Positions 9,151 through 19,437 are shown, counted from the stretch's first letter. The stretch is 64,000 bases of DNA from Acidimicrobiaceae bacterium (GCA_030837965.1 JAUTXP010000046.1:38326-102325), one strand, 5' to 3'. The notes: a model not told the origin generated them from the letters alone. Made by a program: numbers and translations.

Positions 9151-11804
9151 CGCTGGGCTGGGCGGTCGCGCTCGTGCGGCGACGGCCCGGGCGCGTCTTC
9201 GGGGCCGCCGCCGGTGTCGCCCTGGCCGTCGCCCTCTTGGGCTCGCTCGGCGCTTTTCTCGCGACTGCGAAGAGCCAGATGACCACGCGGGCCGTTCGCC
9301 AGGTGCCCGTGGACTGGCAGGTAGAGGTGCAGCAGGGAGCGTCGAACGCCGATGTTGCCGGCGCCATCGCCCGCAGGCCCGGAGTCCGCGCATCCGTGTC
9401 GGTTGGCTACGGGCCTACGACTGGGATGGTCGCGACTACCGGCGGAACCACCCAGACCACCGGCCCTGGTGTCGTCCTCGGCTTGCCCGAGGGCTACCGC
9501 GCCTGGTTTCCGCAGGAGATCCGGACGCTCGTGGGCCGCGGCGATGGCGTCCTGCTCGCCCAGCAGGCCGCGGCCAATCTGCGTGCCCGCCCCGGTGACG
9601 TCGTCAGTGTCGAAGTGCCCGGGCGCGCGCCGGTGAGCGTCACCATCGACGGGGTGGTCGACCTCCCGGCCGCGGACTCGCTGTTCCAGCGGGTCGGGGC
9701 GCCGCCGGGGGCGGGCCCCGAAGCCCCGCCCGACAACGTGCTGCTGCTGCCGAAGGCGCGCTGGGACCAGCTCTATGCCGACGCCGCGTCTCCCGTGCAG
9801 GCGGTTCGCACGCAATTCCACGTCAGGCTGGACCATCACCTGCCTCCGGACCCGTCGGCCGCCTTCTCCCAGGCGGTGAGCGCGGGCCGGAGGCTCGAGG
9901 CCGACCTGGCGGGAAGCGTGCTCGTGGGGAACAACCTGGCCGCCATCCTCGACGCGGCCCGCTCCGACGCCCTCTACGCGCAGGTCCTGTTCATCGGGCT
10001 CGGCCTGCCCGGGTTGTTGCTGGCCGCGCTCCTCACGCGCGCCGTCGCCGGCTCGGGCGGCGCGGCCCGTCGCCGTGAGTTGGCGCTGCTGCGGACCCGC
10101 GGCGCGTCGCGGCCGCAACTGCAAGCGCTGGTGCTGTCCGAGGCGGTGGCCGTTGGGATCATCGGCGCGGTCGGCGGGCTGGCCGGCGCCGCCGCGGTCG
10201 GCCGGGCCGCGTTCGGCTCGTCGCCTTTCGGAGCCGGGCGGCTGGATCTCGGGTGGGCCGCGGTGTCTGCGGCCGCTGGGTTCGCCATCACCGCCGCCGC
10301 GGTCGCGGTACCCGCACAACGCGACGCCTCCACCGTCTCGGTGGCCGACGCCCGACGCGCACTTCGAGACGCGTCCGCGCCCGCCGCTCTGCGGTACGGG
10401 CTCGACGTGATCATGCTGGCCGTGGGCGGCGCCATCGTGTGGGCAACGAGCCGGGCCAGTTACAACTTGGTGGTCGCCCCTGAGGGCGTGCCCACCGTGT
10501 CGGTCGACTACTGGGCCCTCGCCGGCCCGCTGCTGCTCTGGGGTGGCCTCGGCCTGTTTGCCTGGCGTGTCGTGGTGCAATTCGTCGGGCGGGGTCGACG
10601 CGTCCTCGACGGCCTGCTTCGGCCGATGGCGCGAGGGCTGCACGCTCCGGTCGCTGCCACCGTGCACCGGCAGCGCCGTGCCATGGGAGCAGGCGTTGTG
10701 CTCTTGACGCTCACGGTCGCGTTCGCGGTGTCGGCGTCGGTGTTCAACACCACGTACCGCCGCCAGGTCGAGGTCGACGCCATCCTCACGAACGGAGCGG
10801 CGGTGACAGTCGCGGAGGCGCCCGCGGCCCAGGCCGGCCAGGCGAACGCCGCCCGTTTGGCGCAGGTCCCCGGCGTTTCCCGAGTCGAAGCGCTTCAGCA
10901 CCGATTCGCCTACGTGGGCGCCGACCTCCAGGACCTCTACGGCGTGGACCCGACAACCATCGGGCCCGCCGCCCATCTGCAGGACGCGTACTTCTCGGGC
11001 GGGACCGCCCGGCAGCTCCTCAGAGCGCTTTCGCTTCGTCCTGATTCGGTCCTGGTCAGCGCCGAGACTGTGACCGACTTCCAGTTGCGGCCGGGCGACC
11101 GCCTCCGGCTGCGCGTCCGCGACGCCCGGTCGGGCCAGCTCGTCGACGTCGACTTCCACTACGCGGGCATCGTCAAGGAGTTCCCGACCGCGCCCACCGA
11201 CAGCTTCCTCGTCGCCAACGCGCGCTACTTGGCCGAACGCACCGGTGACCCGTCTGTGTCGACGTTCCTGCTGTCCACCGCCGCGGGCGCCCGTCCCCGC
11301 GCCGTGGCCCGCGACGTGCGCAGGGCGGCGGGCAGCGACGCCACCGTCACCGACATCGAGGAGAGCCGCCGGGTCGTGGGCTCCAGCCTCACCGCGGTGG
11401 ACCTCAACGGATTGACCAAGGTCGAGCTCGGCTACGCCCTCTTGCTCGCCGTCGCCTCAACCGGCCTGGTGCTCGCGCTCGGCTTCGCCCAGCGTCGACG
11501 CGCCTTCGCCATTCTGGCCGCGCTCGGCGCCAAGCGGCACCAGATCGCGGTGTTCGCCAGTGCCGAGGCGGCCGTGTTCGCCGTGCTCGGAGCCGTTCTC
11601 GGCGTGGCCGGGGGATGGGTCCTCGCCGAGGTGCTGGTCAAGGTCCTCACTGGCGTCTTCGACCCGCCGCCCGCCAAGCTGGCCGTCCCGGGGGCGTACC
11701 TGCTCGGGTTCGCGGCGTGCGCCGCAGGTGGTGTTGTCGCCGCGGTCTGGATGCAGATCCATTCCCTGCGGCGGCCATTGATCGAGATGGTTCGAGACCT
11801 GTGA
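9144..11804 (+). CDS. FtsX/MacB-type ABC transporter permease (double FtsX module, about 886 aa)
   Basis: GTG at 9144 is in frame. An N-terminal TM is followed by a large extracytoplasmic region and two 4-TM FtsX-like blocks. Confidence 0.75.
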   Translation: MVALGWAVALVRRRPGRVFGAAAGVALAVALLGSLGAFLATAKSQMTTRAVRQVPVDWQVEVQQGASNADVAGAIARRPGVRASVSVGYGPTTGMVATTGGTTQTTGPGVVLGLPEGYRAWFPQEIRTLVGRGDGVLLAQQAAANLRARPGDVVSVEVPGRAPVSVTIDGVVDLPAADSLFQRVGAPPGAGPEAPPDNVLLLPKARWDQLYADAASPVQAVRTQFHVRLDHHLPPDPSAAFSQAVSAGRRLEADLAGSVLVGNNLAAILDAARSDALYAQVLFIGLGLPGLLLAALLTRAVAGSGGAARRRELALLRTRGASRPQLQALVLSEAVAVGIIGAVGGLAGAAAVGRAAFGSSPFGAGRLDLGWAAVSAAAGFAITAAAVAVPAQRDASTVSVADARRALRDASAPAALRYGLDVIMLAVGGAIVWATSRASYNLVVAPEGVPTVSVDYWALAGPLLLWGGLGLFAWRVVVQFVGRGRRVLDGLLRPMARGLHAPVAATVHRQRRAMGAGVVLLTLTVAFAVSASVFNTTYRRQVEVDAILTNGAAVTVAEAPAAQAGQANAARLAQVPGVSRVEALQHRFAYVGADLQDLYGVDPTTIGPAAHLQDAYFSGGTARQLLRALSLRPDSVLVSAETVTDFQLRPGDRLRLRVRDARSGQLVDVDFHYAGIVKEFPTAPTDSFLVANARYLAERTGDPSVSTFLLSTAAGARPRAVARDVRRAAGSDATVTDIEESRRVVGSSLTAVDLNGLTKVELGYALLLAVASTGLVLALGFAQRRRAFAILAALGAKRHQIAVFASAEAAVFAVLGAVLGVAGGWVLAEVLVKVLTGVFDPPPAKLAVPGAYLLGFAACAAGGVVAAVWMQIHSLRRPLIEMVRDL

Positions 11805-12589
11805 CCCCCACCCGGCGGCAGTTCCTCGTGGCCGTGCCCGCCCTCGTGCTGGCCGCGTGCACGGCGGCGCGGCGGGCCACGCGCGGTGCGGCCCGGCCGA
11901 CGACGACCTCCGTCACGGACCGGTCTTCGACGGGGCCGGCCCCCTCGCCGGCGACCTCGGCGCCGTTGCCCGGGAACGCCCGCGCGACGCTGCCCGCGTT
12001 CGTGGCGAACGGGTCGCGGGACCGCCCGATCGTCGCGTTGACCTTCCATGGGTCGGGTGACGTGGCGTTGCTCGACCGGCTGCTCGCGGTGGCGGCGACG
12101 CACCGTGCGCCGTTGACGATCTTCGCCGTCGGCCAGTGGCTCGACGCCAACCCGGCGATCGCGCGACGGGTACTCGACGCCGGGCACGAACTCGCCAACC
12201 ACACGTACACCCACCCTGCGCTGGGGCGCGTCGGAGCCGACGCGGCACGGCGTGAAGTCCAGCAGTGCCGAGACGCGCTCATCCGCCACGCGGCCGGGCC
12301 TGGCAAGTGGTTCCGGCCGAGCGGCGTCGAGGTCCCGAGCGCAACGATCCTGGCCGCGGCCGCCGCGGCGGGGTACTCGACGGTGGTGGGGTACGACGTC
12401 GACCCCCGCGACTACCAGGACCCCGGGGCGGCCGTCGTGCGCGCTCGCGTCGCGGCCGGCGTCCGGCCTGGCGCCATCGTCAGCCTCCACACCGGCCACC
12501 TCGGCACGGTGGACGCGCTGCCCGGCATCCTCGACGATCTGGACGCGAGGGGGCTGCGCCCGGTCACCGTCTCCGGGCTGCTGCTATGA
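11801..12589 (+). CDS. Polysaccharide deacetylase (CE4 / NodB-like) lipoprotein
   Basis: 'TFHGSG', 'ELANHTYTHP' and 'RPSG' NodB motifs. 'RRQFL...LAAC' is a Tat/lipobox-like N-terminus. GTGA overlap. Confidence 0.8.
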   Translation: MTPTRRQFLVAVPALVLAACTAARRATRGAARPTTTSVTDRSSTGPAPSPATSAPLPGNARATLPAFVANGSRDRPIVALTFHGSGDVALLDRLLAVAATHRAPLTIFAVGQWLDANPAIARRVLDAGHELANHTYTHPALGRVGADAARREVQQCRDALIRHAAGPGKWFRPSGVEVPSATILAAAAAAGYSTVVGYDVDPRDYQDPGAAVVRARVAAGVRPGAIVSLHTGHLGTVDALPGILDDLDARGLRPVTVSGLLL

Positions 12590-13758
12590 GGTCGGGGGTC
12601 CGGGCAATTGTGTTGGCGACGACACTGTCTTCGGCCGCGCTCGGCCTCGCCGGATGCGCGAAGTCGAACGCGCACCGGGCACCGAGCGCCGCCCGTCGTG
12701 GCGACGCCGCAGCCACCACCACCACGACCGTGCCGGCCCCGACCACGGGTGCGCCCACGGCGGGCGCGGCGGACGGCGCTGGGGTCTACGCCCACACCGG
12801 GGCGGGCGACGTGGCCGAGTCCGTCAGAGGCGACCGCCCTCTGGTGTACGTGCCCAACAGCGAGTCGGCGACGGTCGACGTCATCGACCCCACCACCTTT
12901 GCCGTCGTCGACCACTTCGCCGTCGGGCGACTGCCCCAGCACGTGACGCCGTCGTGGGACATGCGAGTGCTCTACGTCGACAACGACGAGGGCAACTCGC
13001 TGACTCCAATCGATCCCCGCACAGGGCGGCCTGGCGCACCTGTGCCCGTCGAAGACCCGTACAACCTGTACTTCTCGCCGGACGGCACGAAGGCCATCGT
13101 GGTGGCCGAGCGCCTACGCCGCCTCGACATCCGCGACCCTCACACGTGGCGCGTCATCGACAGCATCCCGGTGCCCTGCTCTGGGGTCGACCACGCTGAC
13201 TTCACGGCCGACGGCACGGCCATGGTCGCCAGTTGCGAGTTCTCAGGCGACCTCGTCCGAATCGACCTGGCCACCAACTCCGTGTCCGGAACGCTGCACG
13301 TTGGCGGCCAGCCCGTCGACGTGAAGCTCGGGCCCGACGGCTCCGTCTTCTATGTGGCCAACCAGAAGCGCAACGGCGTGTCCGTGATCGACGCGGCGAC
13401 GCTCAGCGAGCGGGGCTTCATCCCTACCGGCGCCGGCGCCCACGGGCTCTACCCGAGCCGCGATGCCCGCTGGCTCTACGTCACCAACCGCATCGGCGGA
13501 AGCGTGTCCGTCCTCGACTTCGCCACCGGAGCCGTCCACGACACCTGGGCCGTCGGCGGCAGCCCGGACATGGGAGGCGTCAGCGCCGACGGGACCCAAC
13601 TTTGGCTGTCGGGCCGCTACGACAGGGCGGTCTATGTCATCGACACCCGCACGGGCGGGCTCGTGCACACGATCGCTGTCGGCGCCGGGCCGCACGGTCT
13701 GTGCGTGTGGCCTCAGCCGGGCCGATACAGCCTCGGCCATACCGGGAACACGCGCTGA
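12586..13758 (+). CDS. YVTN-family beta-propeller repeat lipoprotein
   Basis: Lipobox 'LGLAGC' and repeated 'YV.N....VSVID' blades. ATGA overlap with the deacetylase. Confidence 0.75.
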   Translation: MRSGVRAIVLATTLSSAALGLAGCAKSNAHRAPSAARRGDAAATTTTTVPAPTTGAPTAGAADGAGVYAHTGAGDVAESVRGDRPLVYVPNSESATVDVIDPTTFAVVDHFAVGRLPQHVTPSWDMRVLYVDNDEGNSLTPIDPRTGRPGAPVPVEDPYNLYFSPDGTKAIVVAERLRRLDIRDPHTWRVIDSIPVPCSGVDHADFTADGTAMVASCEFSGDLVRIDLATNSVSGTLHVGGQPVDVKLGPDGSVFYVANQKRNGVSVIDAATLSERGFIPTGAGAHGLYPSRDARWLYVTNRIGGSVSVLDFATGAVHDTWAVGGSPDMGGVSADGTQLWLSGRYDRAVYVIDTRTGGLVHTIAVGAGPHGLCVWPQPGRYSLGHTGNTR

Positions 13759-13921
13759 CGCCCGCTCCGTAGACCCGTGGGCCCCGGCGGCGCGTCGCCG
13801 AGATCAACAGGCCGGAACGACTTGTCATTCGGCGTGCCGGCGGTCAGCTCATTCGGCGGGCCGTTGTCGATCGGCTGACCGAAACCACCTCAAACTTCGA
13901 GAAGTTCGGCGGGTCTGCGGG

Positions 13922-13974
13922 TAGTGCGCCCCTTGGGATTCGAACCCAGAACCTGCGGATGAAGAGTCCGTTGC
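13922..13974 (-). repeat. Orphan 3' half of tRNA-Lys (anticodon arm to 3' end); att-like direct repeat of 39109-39161
   Basis: 51 of 53 nt are identical to the intact tRNA-Lys 3' part. The 5' side cannot form an acceptor stem or D-arm, and one mismatch puts a pyrimidine at anticodon-loop position 37. Confidence 0.85.
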
Positions 13975-14246
13975 CGGCCGTCTACCGAGATCGCTGCAGG
14001 TCGCTGACCTGCAGTTGCGTCCCGAGCAACGTCCATGTGGTCCATCGAGAGAGCAGGTGTATCACGCCGATACGCGCCTGGATACGCGCCCGCGAACCGA
14101 CGTGAGTTCCGACCGGTGCTCGGCGTGCATGTGAACGACACGCGCCACCGAGACGGCGCGGCCACGGCGGCATTGAATGCACGGGCGCCATCAGCCTGTT
14201 GCAGGGGCGAGTCTGCGGAGGGCGCACACGGCACCAAATCGAAACC

Positions 14247-14873
14247 CTAGATCGCGACTCGCTCTGGGCCGCGGCCCGCGAAGGCACGGACGAAGCGGCG
14301 GATCTGACCGACGTCTACGGAGTCGCAGAGGAGCCGGCGGCCCCAAGCTGTCACCGCAATCCTGGCGGTCATCCCGGGGCGCGCTACTGCGATGATCCCG
14401 CGCTCCTGTCTTGCCAAGGCGCGCAGCTCCTCGACGGCGGAGTCGCCCGGGCTGTACCAGACCACGACAAATCCGTGCTCCATGGCGTGGACCAGCTCTC
14501 CGTCAGAGGGCGTCGCGGCGGGCTCTTTGAAACCAGGCGACGCCGGCCGTGCCGAGTGCGGTCCGCCGCTTGGGGGATCGACCGTGTACCGCGGCGACTC
14601 GACGTGCGTCCGGCCGGGGTCAGTTCTCCTGTCGTAGCTGCACCGGTCGCCGACGATCTCGTCGACGTCCACGCCGCGGCGCGCCTCTGCCCGATCTGTC
14701 GAATAAGCGAAGAGCGCCCCCCACCCGGCGAGCCCGACCGCGGCCACCGCCAAGAGACGCCTGAACAGGCGGCCGGCGCGCTGTACCCGCTCCTCGGGCG
14801 ATGGGAGGTCGTGGATGGAGCCGCCCCAACCGGAGGGGCTCTCGTTGCCCTGCGTAGGATCGGCTGATGCCAC
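14247..14873 (-). CDS. DUF3105-like membrane-anchored protein
   Basis: A single N-terminal TM segment and an 'AMEHGFVVVWYSP' motif. Confidence 0.6.
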   Translation of the reverse strand: MASADPTQGNESPSGWGGSIHDLPSPEERVQRAGRLFRRLLAVAAVGLAGWGALFAYSTDRAEARRGVDVDEIVGDRCSYDRRTDPGRTHVESPRYTVDPPSGGPHSARPASPGFKEPAATPSDGELVHAMEHGFVVVWYSPGDSAVEELRALARQERGIIAVARPGMTARIAVTAWGRRLLCDSVDVGQIRRFVRAFAGRGPERVAI

Positions 14874-15025
14874 AGCGAGGCATCGTAGATTTGTTCCGCA
14901 GGCGCGCCGCCCGCCCCGGGCTGTCCGGGGACGCGCTCGGTGCCCCGCTCAAGGCGAGGCGCGGGGGGGACGGCCGACGGGCACTCTTCGACGCGCTCCG
15001 CCTGGTGTCGCGAGCGGCAGCAGAG

Positions 15026-17158
15026 ATGCGCGGCGGGGCCAGGGTACCGTTCGTGGCGCAGACCGAGCTCGCCGACTGCGCGGCCGCTTCGCTGGCCATG
15101 GCCGCATTGGCCCAGGGCGTCGACCTCGACCTGGCTGGCGCCAAGCGGGTGCTGCCGCCGGGGCGGGGCGGGACGAGCGCCCGTGCGATCCTGGACGCGG
15201 CGCGGCTCGTCGGGCTGAGGGGCCGGGCCGTCAGGGCCGAGCTCGAGGATCTCCGCCACGTGCCCGTCGGCAGCGTCCTGCACTGGGACTTCAATCACTT
15301 CGTCGTCCTGCAGTCCGTCCGGCGCGACGGCGTCGTCGTGGTCGACCCGGCGCTGGGCCGACGGCTGGTCGACTGGGCGGCCGTCGACCGGTCGTTCACC
15401 GGGGTGGCGCTGGTCTTTGAGCCCGGCGAGGGCGGCGGGGCTCCGTCCGGCGGTCAATCCCGCGACCTGCGGTGGTCGTTCGTCAGATCCGTGCTGCGCC
15501 ACCGCTCTGCGTGGGCCCGGGTCGTCGCGGTGTCGGTGGCCCTTCAGGCGCTCGTGCTGCTCGTGCCGCTGGCATCAGCCTTCATGATCGACCGGGTCGT
15601 CCCCTTTGACGACGCCGACCTGCTCCGGAAGCTCGTCGCGGCAGGCGCGGCCGTCGCAGTGGGTCTCTTCCTGCTGTCGGCGGCGCGCTCGCTCGCACTG
15701 GCGTCGCTGCGCGCCCTGGTGGATGCCCGCCTGTCGGCCGACGTGCTGGAGCATCTGCTCGCGCTCCCGTACCCCTACTTCCAGACGCGCTCTGCAGGCG
15801 ACCTGCTGCTCCGGGTTCGGAGCGGCGCGGCGATCCGCCAGATCGTCACGACGGGCCTGCTCTCGAGCATCCTCGACGGGTGGGTCCTCGTCCTGTCGTT
15901 CGCCGCGCTCCTCCGAGTGGACCCCTTCCTCGCCATGCTCGTCGTCGGCGCGGCGGCGCTCCAGGTCGGGGTGGTGGCGCTGGCGTGGCCCACGCTGCGC
16001 GACCTAGCCCGGGCGGGAATGGAGGCGCAGAGCCGGACGCAGAACAACCTCGTGCAGGCGCTGGCTGGGATCGAGACGATCAAGGCCTCGGGGGGGGAGG
16101 CCCAGGCGTTCGAGCGATGGAGCGCCGTCTTCGTCGACGAGCTCAACCTTGACCTGGAGCGGGCGAGGGTAGGGGCGGTGGTCGAGTCGCTGCTGTCGGC
16201 TCTGCGATTCGCGGCGCCGTTCGCCGTGCTGTCGACGGCGATGTTCCAGGTGCTCGACCGCTCGCTGTCCGTCGGGTCCGCGGTGGCGGCCGGGATGCTC
16301 GCGGGCAACACCCTGGCGCCGGTGGCCTCCCTGCTGGGGAGCGGCGTGGCGCTCTCGGCGCTCGCCGGGTACTCCGCCCGCCTCGCCGACCTGCTGGGAG
16401 AGCCCCGAGAGGACGAGGGCCAGGGCGGCCGCCGCCTAGAGGGTTACCGCGGGGGCGTCGAGCTGGCGGGGGCGGAGTTCGCGTACCCGGGATCGCAGGC
16501 CCCGGCGCTGAGCGGCGCGAGCGTGCTCGTCGAGCCCTGCTCTTTCGTGGCCGTGGTGGGCCCGTCCGGCGCCGGCAAGTCGACGCTGGCGATGCTCGCC
16601 GCAGGGCTCCTGCGGCCCACGGCCGGCGAGGTCCTCTACGACGGCGTGCCCCGCTCGGAGCTCGACCTGTCCTCGCTCCGCCGCCGGATCGGGATCGTGA
16701 CCCAGAGGGCGTTCCTGTTCTCCGGGACCGTCCGGGAGAACCTGGCGCTGTGGGGCGCCGGCATCGACGACGAGCGAGTCGAGGAGGCGGCGAGGCTGGC
16801 GCGCATCCACGACGACGTCGAGGCGATGCCGCTCGGGTACGAGACGCGGCTGAGCGACGCCGCCGGGAACATCTCGGGCGGCCAGCGCCAGCGGCTCGCG
16901 ATCGCGCGGGCGCTCGTCAACCGGCCCGCGCTGGTGGTCCTCGACGAGGCCACCAGCGCGGTCGACGCCGCGATGGAGGCGCAGATCATCGACGACTTGA
17001 GGCGGCAGGCCTTCACGCTCGTGGTCGTCACCCACCGCCTGGACACGGTCAGCGGCGCCGACGCCGTGATCGTGGTCGAGGACGGGTGCGTGACGGCGTG
17101 CGGCCCGTACGACGCGGTCGTCCCGCGGCTGCGCAGCGGCTGGGGCGCTCAGGGGTAG
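15026..17158 (+). CDS. Bacteriocin/RiPP-type ABC exporter with an N-terminal C39 double-glycine peptidase domain
   Basis: C39 residues 'QTELADCAAASLAM' (Cys), 'NHFVVL' (His) and 'VVVDPA' (Asp). Six TM segments. Walker A 'GPSGAGKST', signature 'ISGGQRQRLAIARAL'. The start could instead be 14867. Confidence 0.85.
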   Translation: MRGGARVPFVAQTELADCAAASLAMAALAQGVDLDLAGAKRVLPPGRGGTSARAILDAARLVGLRGRAVRAELEDLRHVPVGSVLHWDFNHFVVLQSVRRDGVVVVDPALGRRLVDWAAVDRSFTGVALVFEPGEGGGAPSGGQSRDLRWSFVRSVLRHRSAWARVVAVSVALQALVLLVPLASAFMIDRVVPFDDADLLRKLVAAGAAVAVGLFLLSAARSLALASLRALVDARLSADVLEHLLALPYPYFQTRSAGDLLLRVRSGAAIRQIVTTGLLSSILDGWVLVLSFAALLRVDPFLAMLVVGAAALQVGVVALAWPTLRDLARAGMEAQSRTQNNLVQALAGIETIKASGGEAQAFERWSAVFVDELNLDLERARVGAVVESLLSALRFAAPFAVLSTAMFQVLDRSLSVGSAVAAGMLAGNTLAPVASLLGSGVALSALAGYSARLADLLGEPREDEGQGGRRLEGYRGGVELAGAEFAYPGSQAPALSGASVLVEPCSFVAVVGPSGAGKSTLAMLAAGLLRPTAGEVLYDGVPRSELDLSSLRRRIGIVTQRAFLFSGTVRENLALWGAGIDDERVEEAARLARIHDDVEAMPLGYETRLSDAAGNISGGQRQRLAIARALVNRPALVVLDEATSAVDAAMEAQIIDDLRRQAFTLVVVTHRLDTVSGADAVIVVEDGCVTACGPYDAVVPRLRSGWGAQG

Positions 17159-19437
17159 AGGGCCCGCAGCGCGAGCCGGTCGACCTTCCCGCTGGGCGTG
17201 CGCGGCAGCGCCTCCACCACATGCAGGCGGCGTGGCGCGTGCGTGACGGGCAAGACATCGCGTGCAGCGCGCAGGACCGACCGCTCCACGCCGGCGGCGT
17301 CCCCCACGGCGCCGACCTCCGCCCACGCGAAGACGCACTCGCCGAGCGTGGGGTGCTCCACCCCGACGGCCGCGGCGTCGATGACGGCGGGGTGCCGGCA
17401 GAGGACCTGCTCCACCTCGCGCGCGTGCACCTTCACGCCGCCCACCTTGATCACCTCCGCGTCCCTGCCGACGAGGAAGAGGAAGCCGTCATCGTCGAGG
17501 TAGCCGAGGTCGCCCGGCTCGGTGTATCCCTCGTGCGCAGATGTCCCGCCGCCGCCCAGTAGCGAGTAGCCGCCAGAGTTGACCGAGACGCGCCCCGCGT
17601 CGCCGGGCGGCAGGACGTCACCGCTTTCGCCGACGATCCGGATCGAGACGCCCGGCGACGCCCGGCCCACGGTCCCCGGCCGGCACAGCCAGTCCCGGGC
17701 GAGCACGAACGTCCCGCTCGCCTCGGCCGCGGCGTAGAACTCGTGGACCACGGGGCCGAGCCACTCGATCATCCGCCTCTTGAGCTCCGGCGGACAGGGG
17801 GTCGCCGCGTGGACGACAGCGGCGAGAGACGACACGTCCCGATGCGGGCCCGCATCGCGTGCGCGGAGGAGGCCCGCCATCATCGAGGGCAGAAGGAACA
17901 TCGACGTCGCCCCGAGGCGCTCGACCAGCTCCAGCGCCCGCTCGGGCGACCACGACCGCATCAGCGCGAGCGACTGCCCGCTGTGTAAGGCCGCGACCGC
18001 CACGCTGCGGAAGGCGCCCCCCGACAGCGGCCCCGTCACGAGGTGCGGGCCCGACGTCGGCATCTCCAGCCACCGCGACAGTGAAGCGTCCGTCAGCGCC
18101 CGCAGCGTGAGGTCGACCTGAGCGGCGTGGCGGCGCACCGCCTTGGGCACGCCGGTCGACCCGGAGCTGAGGGCGACGAGGAAGCCCGCCTGCGTGCGCT
18201 CGTCGACCGGAGCGTCAACAATGTCCGCCGTCAACTCGGCCACCGACGCCTCAGTCAGCCCGGGAACGCGCTGGCCGGCCGCGACCAGGAGTGCGGGCGA
18301 GTGCGCCGACAGAACCTCGCGAAGACGCGGCGGCGGCAGGTCGGTGCCGACGGCGAGGTAGCCGCAGCCGGCGGCGATGGCGCCCAGGTAGGCGACGATG
18401 GCGTCGGCCCCGTTCGGGAGGCAGCTCGCCACGACCGCCCCCGGCCCGAGCCCCCGCGTTCGGAGCGCGAGAGCCATCCTCCACGCCCGCGCCACGAGGT
18501 CACGCCTGGTGAGAACCGCGCCGTCCTCCTCTACGACCGCGAGCTCGTCCCCCGCTCCCGCGGCGAGCCGCCATACGCCGACGCGCCGATGCCGCTCGCC
18601 GGAAGCCGGGGCGGCCAGGCACCGCACGCCAGCGTTTGTATGTGACTCATAGACGACGGGGCCGAACCGCTGCTCGGCCGCCCGCCGCAGCTCGGCCGGG
18701 CACGGCCTGATCCCGACGACCACGGCGGCGAGGCCCGGAGGCGGACCGGCGGGCGCCGCCCCCTCGATGAGCGCGGCGAGGACGTCTGGCACGACGAACA
18801 ACGACACTGCCTCAGGCAGGCCCAGCTCACGGAGGATCTCCTCGCGGCCGAGCTCGGCCGCGAGGACGACGGAGTGGCCCGCGTTCACGGCCCCGAGGGC
18901 CACGCGGAGCGGCTCGGCGTGCCAGAAGGGGACGGCGGCCACGTGGGCGCCACGCGGCGGGAGGTCGTAGCGCGTCAGGAACGACGACGCGAGCGAGGAC
19001 ATCGCAGCGGCGAACGTGGTCGACCCAGGCCCCCCCGGACGCCTCGCCGCCTCCAGCAGCGCGCCGGCCGGCACGGAGCCGGGGACCGGATCTGCGACCA
19101 CCTCGCGAGCGCCGGCGTTCTCCAGCAGCACCGACCAGGGCAGCACGGGGGATCCCAACGCCCAGTCCTCAGCACCGACAGGGCCGCCGCCAAAGACGGC
19201 CACGGGCCGCAGCTGTGTCGCCACGCCCGCCAGCCGGTCTCCGCCCGCTGGGGGCAGGGGCAGGACGGACACGCCGAGCCGCAACGCCGCCGCGGCCACG
19301 GCGATCGCGACGCGCTGCGGCACCCCAGCCAGGACGACGCAGTCGCCCGGCACCGCGCCAAGGCGCCGCAGAGTCGACTCGGCACGTGCCGCATCCCGCT
19401 CGACGTCAGGCAGCTCGAGCCGGTCCGAACCCCCCAT
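17149..19437 (-). CDS. Adenylate-forming (ANL) enzyme with an extra degenerate N-terminal ANL half-domain (762 aa)
   Basis: The C-terminal unit has 'LSSGSTGVPKAV', 'YTEPGDLGYLDDDGFLFLVGRDAEVIKVGGVKV' and 'PRTPSGKVDR'. The N-terminal 330 aa or so look ANL-like, but the P-loop is replaced by 'GPGSTTFAAAMS'. ATG at 19437. Confidence 0.75.
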   Translation of the reverse strand: MGGSDRLELPDVERDAARAESTLRRLGAVPGDCVVLAGVPQRVAIAVAAAALRLGVSVLPLPPAGGDRLAGVATQLRPVAVFGGGPVGAEDWALGSPVLPWSVLLENAGAREVVADPVPGSVPAGALLEAARRPGGPGSTTFAAAMSSLASSFLTRYDLPPRGAHVAAVPFWHAEPLRVALGAVNAGHSVVLAAELGREEILRELGLPEAVSLFVVPDVLAALIEGAAPAGPPPGLAAVVVGIRPCPAELRRAAEQRFGPVVYESHTNAGVRCLAAPASGERHRRVGVWRLAAGAGDELAVVEEDGAVLTRRDLVARAWRMALALRTRGLGPGAVVASCLPNGADAIVAYLGAIAAGCGYLAVGTDLPPPRLREVLSAHSPALLVAAGQRVPGLTEASVAELTADIVDAPVDERTQAGFLVALSSGSTGVPKAVRRHAAQVDLTLRALTDASLSRWLEMPTSGPHLVTGPLSGGAFRSVAVAALHSGQSLALMRSWSPERALELVERLGATSMFLLPSMMAGLLRARDAGPHRDVSSLAAVVHAATPCPPELKRRMIEWLGPVVHEFYAAAEASGTFVLARDWLCRPGTVGRASPGVSIRIVGESGDVLPPGDAGRVSVNSGGYSLLGGGGTSAHEGYTEPGDLGYLDDDGFLFLVGRDAEVIKVGGVKVHAREVEQVLCRHPAVIDAAAVGVEHPTLGECVFAWAEVGAVGDAAGVERSVLRAARDVLPVTHAPRRLHVVEALPRTPSGKVDRLALRALYP

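Noticed and set aside
9126-11159. A 677-aa minus-strand ORF
   Set aside because: It lies entirely antisense to the FtsX permease gene. Its composition is Arg/Gly/Pro-rich and it has no motifs.
13918-14000. A possible second functional tRNA-Lys
   Set aside because: Only the anticodon arm through the 3' end is present. The upstream sequence cannot form the acceptor or D stems, and the anticodon loop has C at position 37.
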